Below, piece after piece: positions 18,772 through 28,406 of a stretch of 64,000 bases of DNA; the stretch's first letter is position 1; each line of letters starts with the position of its first letter. The translations under genes and the position numbers were made by a program. The stretch is from a virus. The notes under the pieces are model-generated. The model was not told the origin of the DNA. It was given only the letters and a program-made list of their open reading frames with translations, and did not search any database. The stretch is from IMG/VR virus record IMGVR_UViG_3300000976_000010. One strand, written 5' to 3'.

Positions 18772-20670
18772 ATGAAAATCTTGCAACCAAAACAAAAAAA
18801 CAAAAACACGGTCACGAAGCCCGAAAAGCGTGAAAGAAAGCAAGTAAGAAGAAAACTAAAGAAGAAGGCTGTGGGCATTCAGCACTACGACCCTAGAAAA
18901 GACATATCAGGAGACAAGAGCAAGAGTTCGGTTGTTTGGACAACACACAGTGCAAGTCTAGCATTGGATGCCATTTCTGTAGGTCGTCCATTAAAAAAAA
19001 GTCCATTTTTTGAGAATAATCCTAAACTAAGAAAACAGGATTTGGTTTTCCGCACATCGGATGTGGAGGTATTAGAACTAGCTAAGTGTGTCACTAACAT
19101 GATGTATTTTGCTCGTGAATATGTACAGCTAAAGCAAAGAGATGGATCTTATCAGAGGTGTACTTTGTACCCTCACCAAATGAAACAGTTAGTTTCATAT
19201 CTAAGTTATGGTAAGCATATACAAGCATGGTCAAGACAGGCATCCAAAACAACGAGTGCAGCAATTTATATTTTATGGAATGTTCTTTTTCACAAAAACA
19301 GGCAGTGTGCCATACTATCTAACAAGCAAAAGACATCCAACGAGGTGCTTGATAAGATAAAAGAAATATATTATCGTCTTCCTTTTTGGATGAAAGCAGG
19401 TGTTGAGTTATGGAATGAGAAATTTATTAAATTTGATAATGGCTGTTCTATACTTGCTGCGCCATGCACAAAAGATGCGATTAATGGAAAAACAATTCAT
19501 ACACTTTATATTGATGAGTTTTCGTTCTGTTTTGATGGGAACAAAGAAAAGCAGTCCGATTTTTTATCTAATGCTATACCTGCACAAGCTCAAATAGAAG
19601 ATCCTAAATTAATAATAACATCTACACCAAATGGAAAGGATTTATTTTATGAGCTATATGACGAGTCGGTAAAAGGGAAAAATGCTTACCGTTCATCTAC
19701 TGTATATTGGTGGCAAATTCCCAACCGAGATGTTGAATGGGCGACCGAAATGATTAATACGATTGGGCTGCAAAAGTTCAAGATTCAATTTGAAATGTCT
19801 TTTGACACCAAGTTGAATAAGCTATTATCTGCCTTCACAATGCGTGAACTTGAGCAGAAAAAGAACGTATTTGTTAACCACGAACTTAAATTTGAGGGTA
19901 TAGAAAGGTACTCTGAAAAAATTAGATTTAGACCAAATTTGGTCAACACTAAAAAAGAGCATTATCTAATTTTAATAGACTTAGCGGAAGGCATGGGGGG
20001 CGACTCAACGACCGCCCACTTCTTAAGTCTTAAACATAAAAAACGGAATGATCTAAATTGTCAAATATCATTTAAGCAAGATTTTGTATTGGAGGCCAAC
20101 GATGTTCCACTTGAAAGTGAAATGCCTGAATTGATAGTCAGAACAATATCCACGTTTACCAAACTCGAAAATGTGCGAATAATCATTGAGTGGAATACTT
20201 ACGGTTCTTTTTTTATGGCACAAATACAGGAGGCAATGCAAAGGCTAGGTGTGCTAATCCCCCCCTCTTGTTTTCTTAGGTTTACATCAAGAAACACATC
20301 AAGGGAAAATAGTAGGAGAAGGGGTGGACGACCCGTGGGCATACGAACAGATAGAAAAATCAAAAAACTTTCCGTAAACGCCTTTAAATTGGCTATGGAA
20401 AATAGTCTATTTGATATTAGGGATTCAAAAACAATCGAGCAGATTGGATTTTTTCAGGTAAACAAAAAGGGAACCTACCAAGCGGAATTAGGCCACGATG
20501 ATAATGTTGTTCCGTATTTACATTTGGGATACACTATACTTACTAGGAATATTGGATTAATGGCTTTTATAGAGCAATATTTAACATTACAGGGATTGGG
20601 AGGAATAAAATCTACCTTTGCTTATAACTTTGACGATTTAAGAAATAGATTGAAATTTGACGATTCGTAA
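18772..20670 (+). CDS. terL: Terminase large subunit (T4 gp17-like)
   Basis: LYPHQ (Q motif), SRQASKTT (variant Walker A), LYIDEF (Walker B), ITSTPNG, nuclease IDLAEGMGGDS and HDDNV; start moved to ATG 18772. Confidence 0.92.
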   Translation: MKILQPKQKNKNTVTKPEKRERKQVRRKLKKKAVGIQHYDPRKDISGDKSKSSVVWTTHSASLALDAISVGRPLKKSPFFENNPKLRKQDLVFRTSDVEVLELAKCVTNMMYFAREYVQLKQRDGSYQRCTLYPHQMKQLVSYLSYGKHIQAWSRQASKTTSAAIYILWNVLFHKNRQCAILSNKQKTSNEVLDKIKEIYYRLPFWMKAGVELWNEKFIKFDNGCSILAAPCTKDAINGKTIHTLYIDEFSFCFDGNKEKQSDFLSNAIPAQAQIEDPKLIITSTPNGKDLFYELYDESVKGKNAYRSSTVYWWQIPNRDVEWATEMINTIGLQKFKIQFEMSFDTKLNKLLSAFTMRELEQKKNVFVNHELKFEGIERYSEKIRFRPNLVNTKKEHYLILIDLAEGMGGDSTTAHFLSLKHKKRNDLNCQISFKQDFVLEANDVPLESEMPELIVRTISTFTKLENVRIIIEWNTYGSFFMAQIQEAMQRLGVLIPPSCFLRFTSRNTSRENSRRRGGRPVGIRTDRKIKKLSVNAFKLAMENSLFDIRDSKTIEQIGFFQVNKKGTYQAELGHDDNVVPYLHLGYTILTRNIGLMAFIEQYLTLQGLGGIKSTFAYNFDDLRNRLKFDDS

Positions 20671-20678
20671 ATGGTATA

Positions 20679-20685
20679 GTACATA
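20679..20685 (+). promoter_or_regulatory. Candidate late promoter (GTACATA)
   Basis: 36 nt upstream of the sheath ATG. Confidence 0.5.
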
Positions 20686-20721
20686 TTACAAAAGATTTTT
20701 AACCGTACTAAATAATTTTAA

Positions 20722-23673
20722 ATGGCACTTCCTGTTAGAATACAACAGATAACCAAAAAAGCAGCGGGACTATATTTCATTGAGAGAACTTCACGGTCAA
20801 TTGTAGCTGCTGCCGAATTGGATGGATTTAGATTGTTGATAGGTCAGTCTAAAAAGGGTGTTACCAACAAGATTGTTGTTATTGAAAACTATCAGGAGTT
20901 TGTTCAACTCTTTGGTAATATTGACACAAGACTTGAAAGACGGGGTGCTTATTTCCATCGTTCCGCACAGATAATGCTACAGCAAGGGGCAATAAAGGTT
21001 CTTAATCTAAGGAGCTATGACGATACACTTGATGTTGTTCAGGGAATTGGACTGAATACAAAGTTTACAGAAGATAGTAACAACATACTCGCCAATAGAC
21101 CGTATACCAATTATTTTAACACTGACAGGAATTGGTTTGTTGATGAAGAAAATATTGTTCCTAGTAATAATAATGAATTATTGCATATTGTTAACATTGG
21201 AAGTAAAGACCTGACAGTGTTTGTTCGACCACTTAAAGCTATTGGATATAATCAAACACTAAGTGAATACTATTCGCTTTTGGGTGTACCGTCTCCAATT
21301 TATCTAGAGCCTACTATGTTATTGAATGATACATTTGTAGAAGTTTATGTATTCAATATCGACCTTTCTTATGGAATTCCCTCAAACATTTCATACTTGT
21401 TTAATAGCAGTGGCGGTTTGATTAATAATATAATTGACGCTAATGGAAGAAAAATTGACGGTTTAACTCAATTGGCACAAGAGGAAGATTCTAGATTTAT
21501 AGGATCTTACGAGGGTTCTTTAATCCCAACACTTGTGACACAAACAGGCGCAACACTAGCGATTGATAATTTGATTAACGTTGACACAAACACTACAGGT
21601 CTAATTAGTAAAATTAATGAAGACGTGTTGGATTTGGCGGCAGACTACATAGCCCCCCCTTTACAGCAGCTAAATGCCGTATTTACCGCATCTAATTGGA
21701 GTGGAGGAAAACGTCCAATAGCAATTGATTTCTATGGGACTTCTGATATTTTTTGGTCGGGTTCAAACATGGTATATACGGCTTCTGCTGACATTGGTGC
21801 TTTAAGTTTTGACAATTCAACCACCACTTTGAACTACGACTCCTTGAGTAATGATTCTAACACACTCACCCAAGCCTATGCACTTGAAGGGGGGAAGGTG
21901 ACAGCCCAAGAAGATGTTAGCATCTATTCTATATTTGGAAATCATATTGTTCACAATAACCCAATGGTACTTGGTAAGGAAACTCTTGTAACTAATACGG
22001 GCGACTATTTATACTCAAGGCCAACCGAAGTGCAGACAATCAATGGAAAACAATACCACACAAGAAATACACTCATTTTAACAAACATCACGGGAGTTAA
22101 GGTTGGGCAGCTATTTCTAGGTATGGACGGAAATCCTACAAGGGTTATCAACGTTGACTTTTTGGGTACAAAGGTGGTATTTGATGGTCTACACACCTCA
22201 TCCTTCCCCCTAGATGCCTCAGGGTCTCCATTGGGAACATTCAATACAGCCACGGGTAATTGGGAGTACATCGGGGGGGTGAGTATTGGTCTTCCAATAG
22301 AGTACAATTATATTACGGATGTTAATGGCGCACAATATGGATACCCCCTGACACATGTTGGCGGAACGGTCATACCTTTTCCACCCCTTAGTGATGCGGA
22401 TATTAATAATTTAATTACCTCCAACCCAACATACGCATCCGATAGAAGTTATTTTATTGCAACTTTTGATCGACCCGTTTATTGTGGTGACGATGATACC
22501 ACAGTTGTTACAAAGGTCGGAGCAAGAAGCAACACTTCAATATTAACATTAGACAATTCCTTGGAATTGGTTCTCTATAGAGAGCCTAGCGCAAATACCA
22601 ATTATGCCGTTCAATTGAATAGGGTTGTTGACACAGCTAAGGAATTAATTCCAATCCCAATGAAGGGATTGTCTGCGAGAGATAAACAATTTGTTAATGG
22701 TACGTCTACTAGGCTAGAAGAAGTACTTAATGATACAATGAACGGTTCGCTAAGAGACCTTTTAGTTGATAGGGATTATGAATCTTATAATTATATTGTT
22801 GACTCTTTTTCTAGCTACCCAACGTCCAATATAAAGTATCAGTTCACGAATATTGGCAATATTAGACAAGGTGGAGTAACCGCTTTAATTAATATGCCAT
22901 TTGTTAAAACATTAAAAGATAGTACCGATCCATACTTTAAGGATCAAGCAATTGGCTCAAAGTTGAATGTTGAATACTTAGAGAGTGGGGGAAACACATC
23001 GCTACCCTATACACAAAGTTTCTCACTCCCAACAAAGCAGCAAGGGGCAGCTTATGGCGCAACCTTTTTTCCAAATGCTACCATAATTGATAACGGTAGA
23101 ACAATAAGGATGCCTATGGCTCCCATCGTTTCAAATCTATTTGCAGCTAAATGGGTAGCAGGTGTGCCATATAGGGCTGTTTTTGGGAGCGATTATAGAA
23201 TATCTGCTTCGGGTTTAGGAAAAATAGGCTTAGAGCTGACCGATGAGGATCGTGAAGTACTTGAGAGAATTGGTGTTAATCCGATTATGCAGGACTTAAT
23301 GGTTTTGGGGAATAAAACACTAAACCAAGATGGGACGGCATTCAAGAGTTTACATGTAAGAGAAACACTTAATGTTATTCAAGAGGAAGTGAAGCCAATA
23401 GCACGTGCTGCATTGGGGAAGCAAAATACAGAACAGGAAAGGGCTAGGGTTAAAGCTAGGATTGACACTGTTTTAGAAAGATACCGCGCCAATGGTGCTT
23501 TGGAATATGCACAATCAATTGTTGACCGTACTAACAATACTGATGAGGTATTGGAGAATCAATTGATGATTATAGACATTGAATTGGTTGTTGCGTCTAT
23601 TGCAGAAAAGGTGATAATCAGGACTACCGCATACAATAGCGTTGGTGAAGTCGGAAGTGTGGTAATAGGTTAA
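20722..23673 (+). CDS. Contractile tail sheath protein (gp18-like) with insertion domains
   Basis: N-terminal GLYFIE..GQSKKGVTNK..FVQLFG; C-terminal RIGVNPI..LGNKT..LHVRETL..IDIELV; located between terminase and tube. Confidence 0.9.
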   Translation: MALPVRIQQITKKAAGLYFIERTSRSIVAAAELDGFRLLIGQSKKGVTNKIVVIENYQEFVQLFGNIDTRLERRGAYFHRSAQIMLQQGAIKVLNLRSYDDTLDVVQGIGLNTKFTEDSNNILANRPYTNYFNTDRNWFVDEENIVPSNNNELLHIVNIGSKDLTVFVRPLKAIGYNQTLSEYYSLLGVPSPIYLEPTMLLNDTFVEVYVFNIDLSYGIPSNISYLFNSSGGLINNIIDANGRKIDGLTQLAQEEDSRFIGSYEGSLIPTLVTQTGATLAIDNLINVDTNTTGLISKINEDVLDLAADYIAPPLQQLNAVFTASNWSGGKRPIAIDFYGTSDIFWSGSNMVYTASADIGALSFDNSTTTLNYDSLSNDSNTLTQAYALEGGKVTAQEDVSIYSIFGNHIVHNNPMVLGKETLVTNTGDYLYSRPTEVQTINGKQYHTRNTLILTNITGVKVGQLFLGMDGNPTRVINVDFLGTKVVFDGLHTSSFPLDASGSPLGTFNTATGNWEYIGGVSIGLPIEYNYITDVNGAQYGYPLTHVGGTVIPFPPLSDADINNLITSNPTYASDRSYFIATFDRPVYCGDDDTTVVTKVGARSNTSILTLDNSLELVLYREPSANTNYAVQLNRVVDTAKELIPIPMKGLSARDKQFVNGTSTRLEEVLNDTMNGSLRDLLVDRDYESYNYIVDSFSSYPTSNIKYQFTNIGNIRQGGVTALINMPFVKTLKDSTDPYFKDQAIGSKLNVEYLESGGNTSLPYTQSFSLPTKQQGAAYGATFFPNATIIDNGRTIRMPMAPIVSNLFAAKWVAGVPYRAVFGSDYRISASGLGKIGLELTDEDREVLERIGVNPIMQDLMVLGNKTLNQDGTAFKSLHVRETLNVIQEEVKPIARAALGKQNTEQERARVKARIDTVLERYRANGALEYAQSIVDRTNNTDEVLENQLMIIDIELVVASIAEKVIIRTTAYNSVGEVGSVVIG

Positions 23674-23675
23674 TG

Positions 23676-23718
23676 GTACATATATAACAACGTCAGGAAT
23701 TGTAATTACCTGACGTTG
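23676..23718 (+). promoter_or_regulatory. GTACATA motif followed by a 10-bp hairpin upstream of the tube gene
   Basis: GTACATA at 23676-23682; caacgtcagg-N11-cctgacgttg at 23688-23718. Confidence 0.45.
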
Positions 23719-23755
23719 ATTATATCGGGGTAAAATAAAAATAAAAAATAAAGGT

Positions 23756-24298
23756 ATGTTATCACACATCACACAAACACAGGCAGGTCGAAATAAATGG
23801 GAAGGATTTCAGACAGACAGTTTTAGAATCACATTCCTATTCTCCGATTCAATTGCAGACCAACCTTTGTTAACAGAACACGTAACAACTGTAACGGGGT
23901 GGAAGGTTCCTGAAATAGAAATTGTAGAGCAAGACCAAGGAGCACAGCGACTCTTTGCCTCAAATAAAATAACCACAAGACAGGATTTAGCAATTTCACT
24001 AACACTAAATTTTGATGACGAAGCAGACCTTTACGTGTACACATCACTTTTAGCCGTTAAACAATTGACTAATAATCACGATACTTTTGAAAAAGGATTG
24101 AAGAAAGATTATACTTTTGATATTGTGGTTGAGTATTTCCTAAGAAACGGTCAAAAGGTTTACGAAAGGAAGTTGAACAACTGCATATTAAACGGTGGGT
24201 TTGCGGATGGTGTATTTGATGCCGATATTGCAGATTCGGAAATGAAACTAATGGAAATAAATGTTTCGGGGGAATGGTACAACGAAGATGCTAAGTAA
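23756..24298 (+). CDS. Tail tube protein (gp19-like)
   Basis: 180 aa directly after the sheath; all-beta pattern FRITFLF..ISLTLNF..IVVEYF..MEINVSGEWY. Confidence 0.8.
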   Translation: MLSHITQTQAGRNKWEGFQTDSFRITFLFSDSIADQPLLTEHVTTVTGWKVPEIEIVEQDQGAQRLFASNKITTRQDLAISLTLNFDDEADLYVYTSLLAVKQLTNNHDTFEKGLKKDYTFDIVVEYFLRNGQKVYERKLNNCILNGGFADGVFDADIADSEMKLMEINVSGEWYNEDAK

Positions 24299-24314
24299 AA
24301 CAAAACGGCCTGCT

Positions 24315-24351
24315 AAAAATCCCAATCAACACTTATTGATTGGGATTTTTT
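24315..24351 (+). terminator. Intrinsic terminator after the tube gene
   Basis: aaaaatcccaatcaa-cactta-ttgattgggattttt. Confidence 0.85.
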
Positions 24352-24597
24352 GCGTTAAGGCATAAACAATAACATTAAAAATCTAATTTTAGATATGATA
24401 AACTGTTACAAATTAAAAGATGCCATCCTTCCCAAATTACAAGGAATTGGGTTGGATGTAGTAGTCAACACCCCAAAAAGGGTTACAGTTTTTCCATTCC
24501 AACCTAAAATAAATAAAAATAGTCCAAAAACTTGCTTGCTAAACTTTTATTTTGTAAATTTACGTTATCGAACAAGCAGAGATTATTCTTTGCAATT

Positions 24598-24671
24598 GGT
24601 TCAGTAGCTCAGTTGGTCAGAGCATCGGACTCATAACCCGTTGGTCGTGGGTTCAAGTCCCACCTGAACCA
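24598..24671 (+). tRNA. tRNA with CAT anticodon (elongator Met or Ile2); CCA not encoded
   Basis: GGTTCAG/CTGAACC acceptor stem, GCTC/GAGC D stem, CTCATAA loop, GTGGG-TTCAAGT-CCCAC T arm. Confidence 0.9.
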
Positions 24672-24823
24672 CAATTATGTTTTAAGCCACCCTCGCCTCT
24701 GTCTAGTAGAAGAAAGGTTCCGATCAAACTTTTTTGGACATGCTCAATTTTGGGTGGCTATCTTTTAAAGCTTATTTATTTAAAGACACTTTTACTTAAC
24801 ATTTCAACATAAAAAAGCATAGT

Positions 24824-25141
24824 ATGAATTTTATTGAGCGTGACATGGCATTCATAAAAAACACTAAGCAAGGATTCATTAATAGAATCTGTAAAAATGT
24901 TTACCTAAAATGGGACGGCAACTTGGAAGATATAGTAAAAAATGAAAAGCTCTTTTTTGAAGAAATGATGCAATTCGTTAATGGTTGTCATGAATTGGTA
25001 GAGCATTCCATACCGCTAATTCTTTACAGAGACCTTAAATCATATAGCGCGATTGATTGGAATTTTACCGAAGAGCAGTATAAAGAAGAAATAGAAAGAA
25101 GTGAATCGGCCTGCCATTTATACTACAATACGGTAGATTAA
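24824..25141 (+). CDS. Hypothetical protein
   Basis: 105-aa ORF. Confidence 0.65.
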   Translation: MNFIERDMAFIKNTKQGFINRICKNVYLKWDGNLEDIVKNEKLFFEEMMQFVNGCHELVEHSIPLILYRDLKSYSAIDWNFTEEQYKEEIERSESACHLYYNTVD

Positions 25142-25193
25142 TCCCTAAAAAACCTTGTATCTATTTACCTGTAAAAAATAAATCTTCCTTCAA

Positions 25194-26180
25194 ATGAAAA
25201 ATAAAAACATTGAAATTGAAACTATCTTAGAAGAATTAAGCAAGGAAAACATTGATACCTTCTTTGAAATAGCGGAACGAGAAAGTATAGACATTGATAA
25301 AATTCCTTTGGTCGCTGAATATAAAGAGTTGATAGAATTTCTAAATAATTCACTAACAACAGATCTAAAATTTAGAGAGGGTCTTTTTAAAATAATGAAC
25401 TGTAAACATCTTCACTTTGATTTTGGGAGTATGTTTGAAATGATTAAGGTAATTCCCGAAAGCTTTCATAGGTTAAAAAAGTTGGAACACTTAACCATTT
25501 ATGATGCAGAATTTGAAAAATTTCCAAACAGCTTTCATAGGCTAAAAAATCTTAGAACTCTAGCATTATGTGGGTGTAATATTAGAACTCTCCCTAAAAA
25601 TTTTAGTGAGTTTATCAATTTAGAACATGTAAATTTAAGGGAAACTAGAATTAAAAATTTCCCCAATGAATTGCTCAAAATGGAAGGGCTGACTTCTTTA
25701 AATTTATCAGATACTCCAATAGAATCTCTCCCCGATAACATTTCAAATCTCAAAAAAATAAGAACACTTGTATTAAAAAATACTAAAATTACTAGTATTC
25801 CAAGCAGTATCTCAAAAATGGATTCCTTAGAGTATTTAAACATATCCAACAATAGCATAGACTCATTACCAACCAAACTTCCGCCTTTTTTAGAGTCTTT
25901 AAATGTTTCTAACACTAATATATCTGTGTTGCAAGTAGAGCAATTGAAAAATTTGGAAAGACTAATTTTAAAGGGTTGTCCTATCAATAAATTGAATGAT
26001 AATATTTTTAATTTGTGTTCTTTGGAACACTTAGATATTAGAGAAACTAACGTAGAAAACCTCCCAATCGCCAAGTTGTCATCTATGGAAAATTTACGTT
26101 TAATAGAAACGGAGGGGAGTGGTGTCGATTTGAATGATAGTTGTTATGACCAAATAAAAGAGGTTATTACAATAACATAA
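25194..26180 (+). CDS. Leucine-rich repeat protein (LRR copy 4, intact, about 10 repeats)
   Basis: LxxLxLxxTxIxxLPxxIxxL units; N-domain ENIDTFFEIAERESIDIDKIPLVAEYKELIEFLNN is similar to copy 1. Confidence 0.93.
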   Translation: MKNKNIEIETILEELSKENIDTFFEIAERESIDIDKIPLVAEYKELIEFLNNSLTTDLKFREGLFKIMNCKHLHFDFGSMFEMIKVIPESFHRLKKLEHLTIYDAEFEKFPNSFHRLKNLRTLALCGCNIRTLPKNFSEFINLEHVNLRETRIKNFPNELLKMEGLTSLNLSDTPIESLPDNISNLKKIRTLVLKNTKITSIPSSISKMDSLEYLNISNNSIDSLPTKLPPFLESLNVSNTNISVLQVEQLKNLERLILKGCPINKLNDNIFNLCSLEHLDIRETNVENLPIAKLSSMENLRLIETEGSGVDLNDSCYDQIKEVITIT

Positions 26181-26238
26181 GCAATGCTTATTCAATACTT
26201 AAATTTATTTTATTTTTATTTATATTAAATAGTCAATT

Positions 26239-26736
26239 ATGAAGTTTGAGTTCTTAGAAGGTGATGATGTTGTTAAATATACAGTTATTAAAGACGGAAT
26301 TAAAAAATCTGAAACCGATAAATTCAGATTTATGGGATTTCAAGATACCATTCACCCATTTTTCAAAAGACAAGTTGATTTTGCCGCAAAGGCGTTGAAG
26401 TCAAGAGGAATAATTTTGAATATTACTACAGTTCCTACTGTTGATGATATGTTCATTAACAATGATAAGGACTATATAGATAATGAAGACCTAAGACCAT
26501 TTGTTTCAAAATTGGAAAAATCGGAAGATGGGAACTTTTATGGTTTACTCAGAGATGAAGAAATGGGAAATGGTTGGGCTATTCTTTACAAAGTTATGGA
26601 CGACAAAATAGAAATCATTAGACAAGAGCATAGAAGTACAGTCAGAGAAGAGATCGTTAGAGGTGATTTTATTCGTTCTTTTGGGGTTGATTATTCATAC
26701 TTGTATGATAATGAATTAGCCCGAGCGCAATTATAA
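26239..26736 (+). CDS. Hypothetical protein
   Basis: 165-aa ORF. Confidence 0.65.
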   Translation: MKFEFLEGDDVVKYTVIKDGIKKSETDKFRFMGFQDTIHPFFKRQVDFAAKALKSRGIILNITTVPTVDDMFINNDKDYIDNEDLRPFVSKLEKSEDGNFYGLLRDEEMGNGWAILYKVMDDKIEIIRQEHRSTVREEIVRGDFIRSFGVDYSYLYDNELARAQL

Positions 26737-26747
26737 TTGAATCATAC

Positions 26748-26805
26748 TTAGATTGCTAATCCGCGTTTAATATGCCTCCCTTTAACGCATAGATTGGCAA
26801 TCTAA
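26748..26805. other. 58-nt imperfect hairpin with a C-rich loop (candidate structured RNA)
   Basis: TTAGATTGCTAATC...GATTGGCAATCTAA outer stem, GCGTT(T)AA/TTAACGC inner stem, loop TATGCCTCCCT. Confidence 0.5.
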
Positions 26806-26823
26806 TATTTAAAACTAAAAAAC

Positions 26824-26994
26824 ATGATTGAATACAAATTTGAAAAAAATGAAGCTTCTAAGAGCAAAAGGTTCATTAAGAATGGGCATACCATGCTCGA
26901 ATTTGATGTTCTGAAAGACCTTAAAAGACTCGCTCAACTTGAAGAAAATATAAAAAATGGAAGCCTCATACAGAACAATAGCACTCCTGTGTGA
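26824..26994 (+). CDS. Small hypothetical protein (not in ORF track)
   Basis: MIEYKFEKNEASKSKRFIKNGHTMLEFDVLKDLKRLAQLEE..., 56 aa with an A-rich leader. Confidence 0.55.
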   Translation: MIEYKFEKNEASKSKRFIKNGHTMLEFDVLKDLKRLAQLEENIKNGSLIQNNSTPV

Positions 26995-27115
26995 TGGGTC
27001 TGAATTAATCAAAAGCGAACATAAAGAAGAAAGCCTCAAAGGTGGCGAAATTCTTGGCGTTTTATGAAGAAGAGTTTTTAGTACCGAAAAAATAAGTTAA
27101 AATTAATTGTAAACT
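26957..27115 (+). CDS. Small hypothetical protein (not in ORF track)
   Basis: MEASYRTIALLCDGSELIK...KLIVN, 52 aa, ends just before ATG 27129. Confidence 0.4.
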
Positions 27116-27128
27116 AACCAAAAAAAAA

Positions 27129-27938
27129 ATGAAAGACAAACTAGAAAGAATTGAAAAGATTAATCAAGGTGTATTGGAGGAATTAGAATCATTTGACCTG
27201 CTTAAAGAAATTGGAATTGATGCGGAAGATTTTGAAAATCTTCATATTGCTCTTGACAGTATGAAAGCATTATACCATCGAAGTATAGCAAATACGGTGG
27301 AAGAGGGGTGTGAATTCCCAATTGAAGCGAGACTACTGTTTGAATCTTTTTTCAGTAAAATGGACATTTCGCTCGGCTTACTTTTTGATGGGTATTATGA
27401 GGTTGGATCATGTCTTTACATTAGTACCATAAACAACGAATTATTCTTACTAGATTCAAATATACGTATGTGGTATCAGATAGAAATTTTCGATAAAAAC
27501 GAAAGGGTATCACTCAATAAACTAATAAATAAATTAAAGAGTGTCGATTTAATCTTCAGAATGTGCAGAGTAACAGAAGAACTGTTGTACCCAAAAAAAC
27601 ATAACAAAACAATAGACAGGGCTATTGCTTTGGAAATTTTGTATTCATTTAAAAACTTTAAACAGTTAATTTTAATGAATTATAAAAATATAAACTCTGT
27701 ACACCGTCCTTATTTAGACAATTTAATTGATTCTATAAGTAAGGTAGAATGTGTTATGGACATTTTTTATAGAAGTGATTGTGACCTCGCAAACTTTTTT
27801 TATAATCACATCATAAAAGTGGAAATAGAGTCCTTAGATTATTCTGAATCAATTAAGGGGGAATGTGCTCCATATTCAAATGACTTCCAATCAACTTTAG
27901 AAAAATTTAAGAGTGGAAAATTTTTCATCACATCCTAG
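27129..27938 (+). CDS. Hypothetical protein
   Basis: 269-aa ORF. Confidence 0.7.
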   Translation: MKDKLERIEKINQGVLEELESFDLLKEIGIDAEDFENLHIALDSMKALYHRSIANTVEEGCEFPIEARLLFESFFSKMDISLGLLFDGYYEVGSCLYISTINNELFLLDSNIRMWYQIEIFDKNERVSLNKLINKLKSVDLIFRMCRVTEELLYPKKHNKTIDRAIALEILYSFKNFKQLILMNYKNINSVHRPYLDNLIDSISKVECVMDIFYRSDCDLANFFYNHIIKVEIESLDYSESIKGECAPYSNDFQSTLEKFKSGKFFITS

Positions 27939-27944
27939 ATCATC

Positions 27945-28319
27945 GTGCTTATGAGTAAAAAGTTGGACTTTGAGCTATTAGCTTCTAAGGGCTTTGATTC
28001 AGAAGCCTTATTGGATGCACTAGCACAAATAACGTACGTAGAAAAGTGTATTAGACACTTCAGCATGGATGATGAATTATCATACCTGTACTCATCTCTC
28101 GTTAATGTTAAAAACAATCTGTCCAATTTTATAGCAAGCTTAACATCTAATAACATTGATACTTTTAAGAAGCGGAGCTTAATCAATAGCGACAGCGATA
28201 TTCCTCCAATATTTAAAATGTGTAATAGAAAATTTATGTCTGAAATGGTTTTACTAATGCTTGATGAATCGTTTGAAGTTATAAAATATTACTACTATAT
28301 AATTAATGTTTTAGTTTAA
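27945..28319 (+). CDS. Hypothetical protein
   Basis: 124-aa ORF. Confidence 0.6.
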   Translation: MLMSKKLDFELLASKGFDSEALLDALAQITYVEKCIRHFSMDDELSYLYSSLVNVKNNLSNFIASLTSNNIDTFKKRSLINSDSDIPPIFKMCNRKFMSEMVLLMLDESFEVIKYYYYIINVLV

Positions 28320-28340
28320 TTTTTAATTGTGTTTATCATC

Positions 28341-28379
28341 AAAAAAACCCCAATCACGATTCCGCGATTGGGGTTTTTT
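28341..28379 (+). terminator. Intrinsic terminator closing the accessory island
   Basis: aaaaaaaccccaatc...gattggggtttttt. Confidence 0.85.
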
Positions 28380-28386
28380 GTACATA
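28380..28386 (+). promoter_or_regulatory. Candidate late promoter (GTACATA)
   Basis: Immediately after the terminator, 20 nt upstream of ATG 28407. Confidence 0.55.
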
Positions 28387-28406
28387 TATAAAAATATCAA
28401 GAAACA

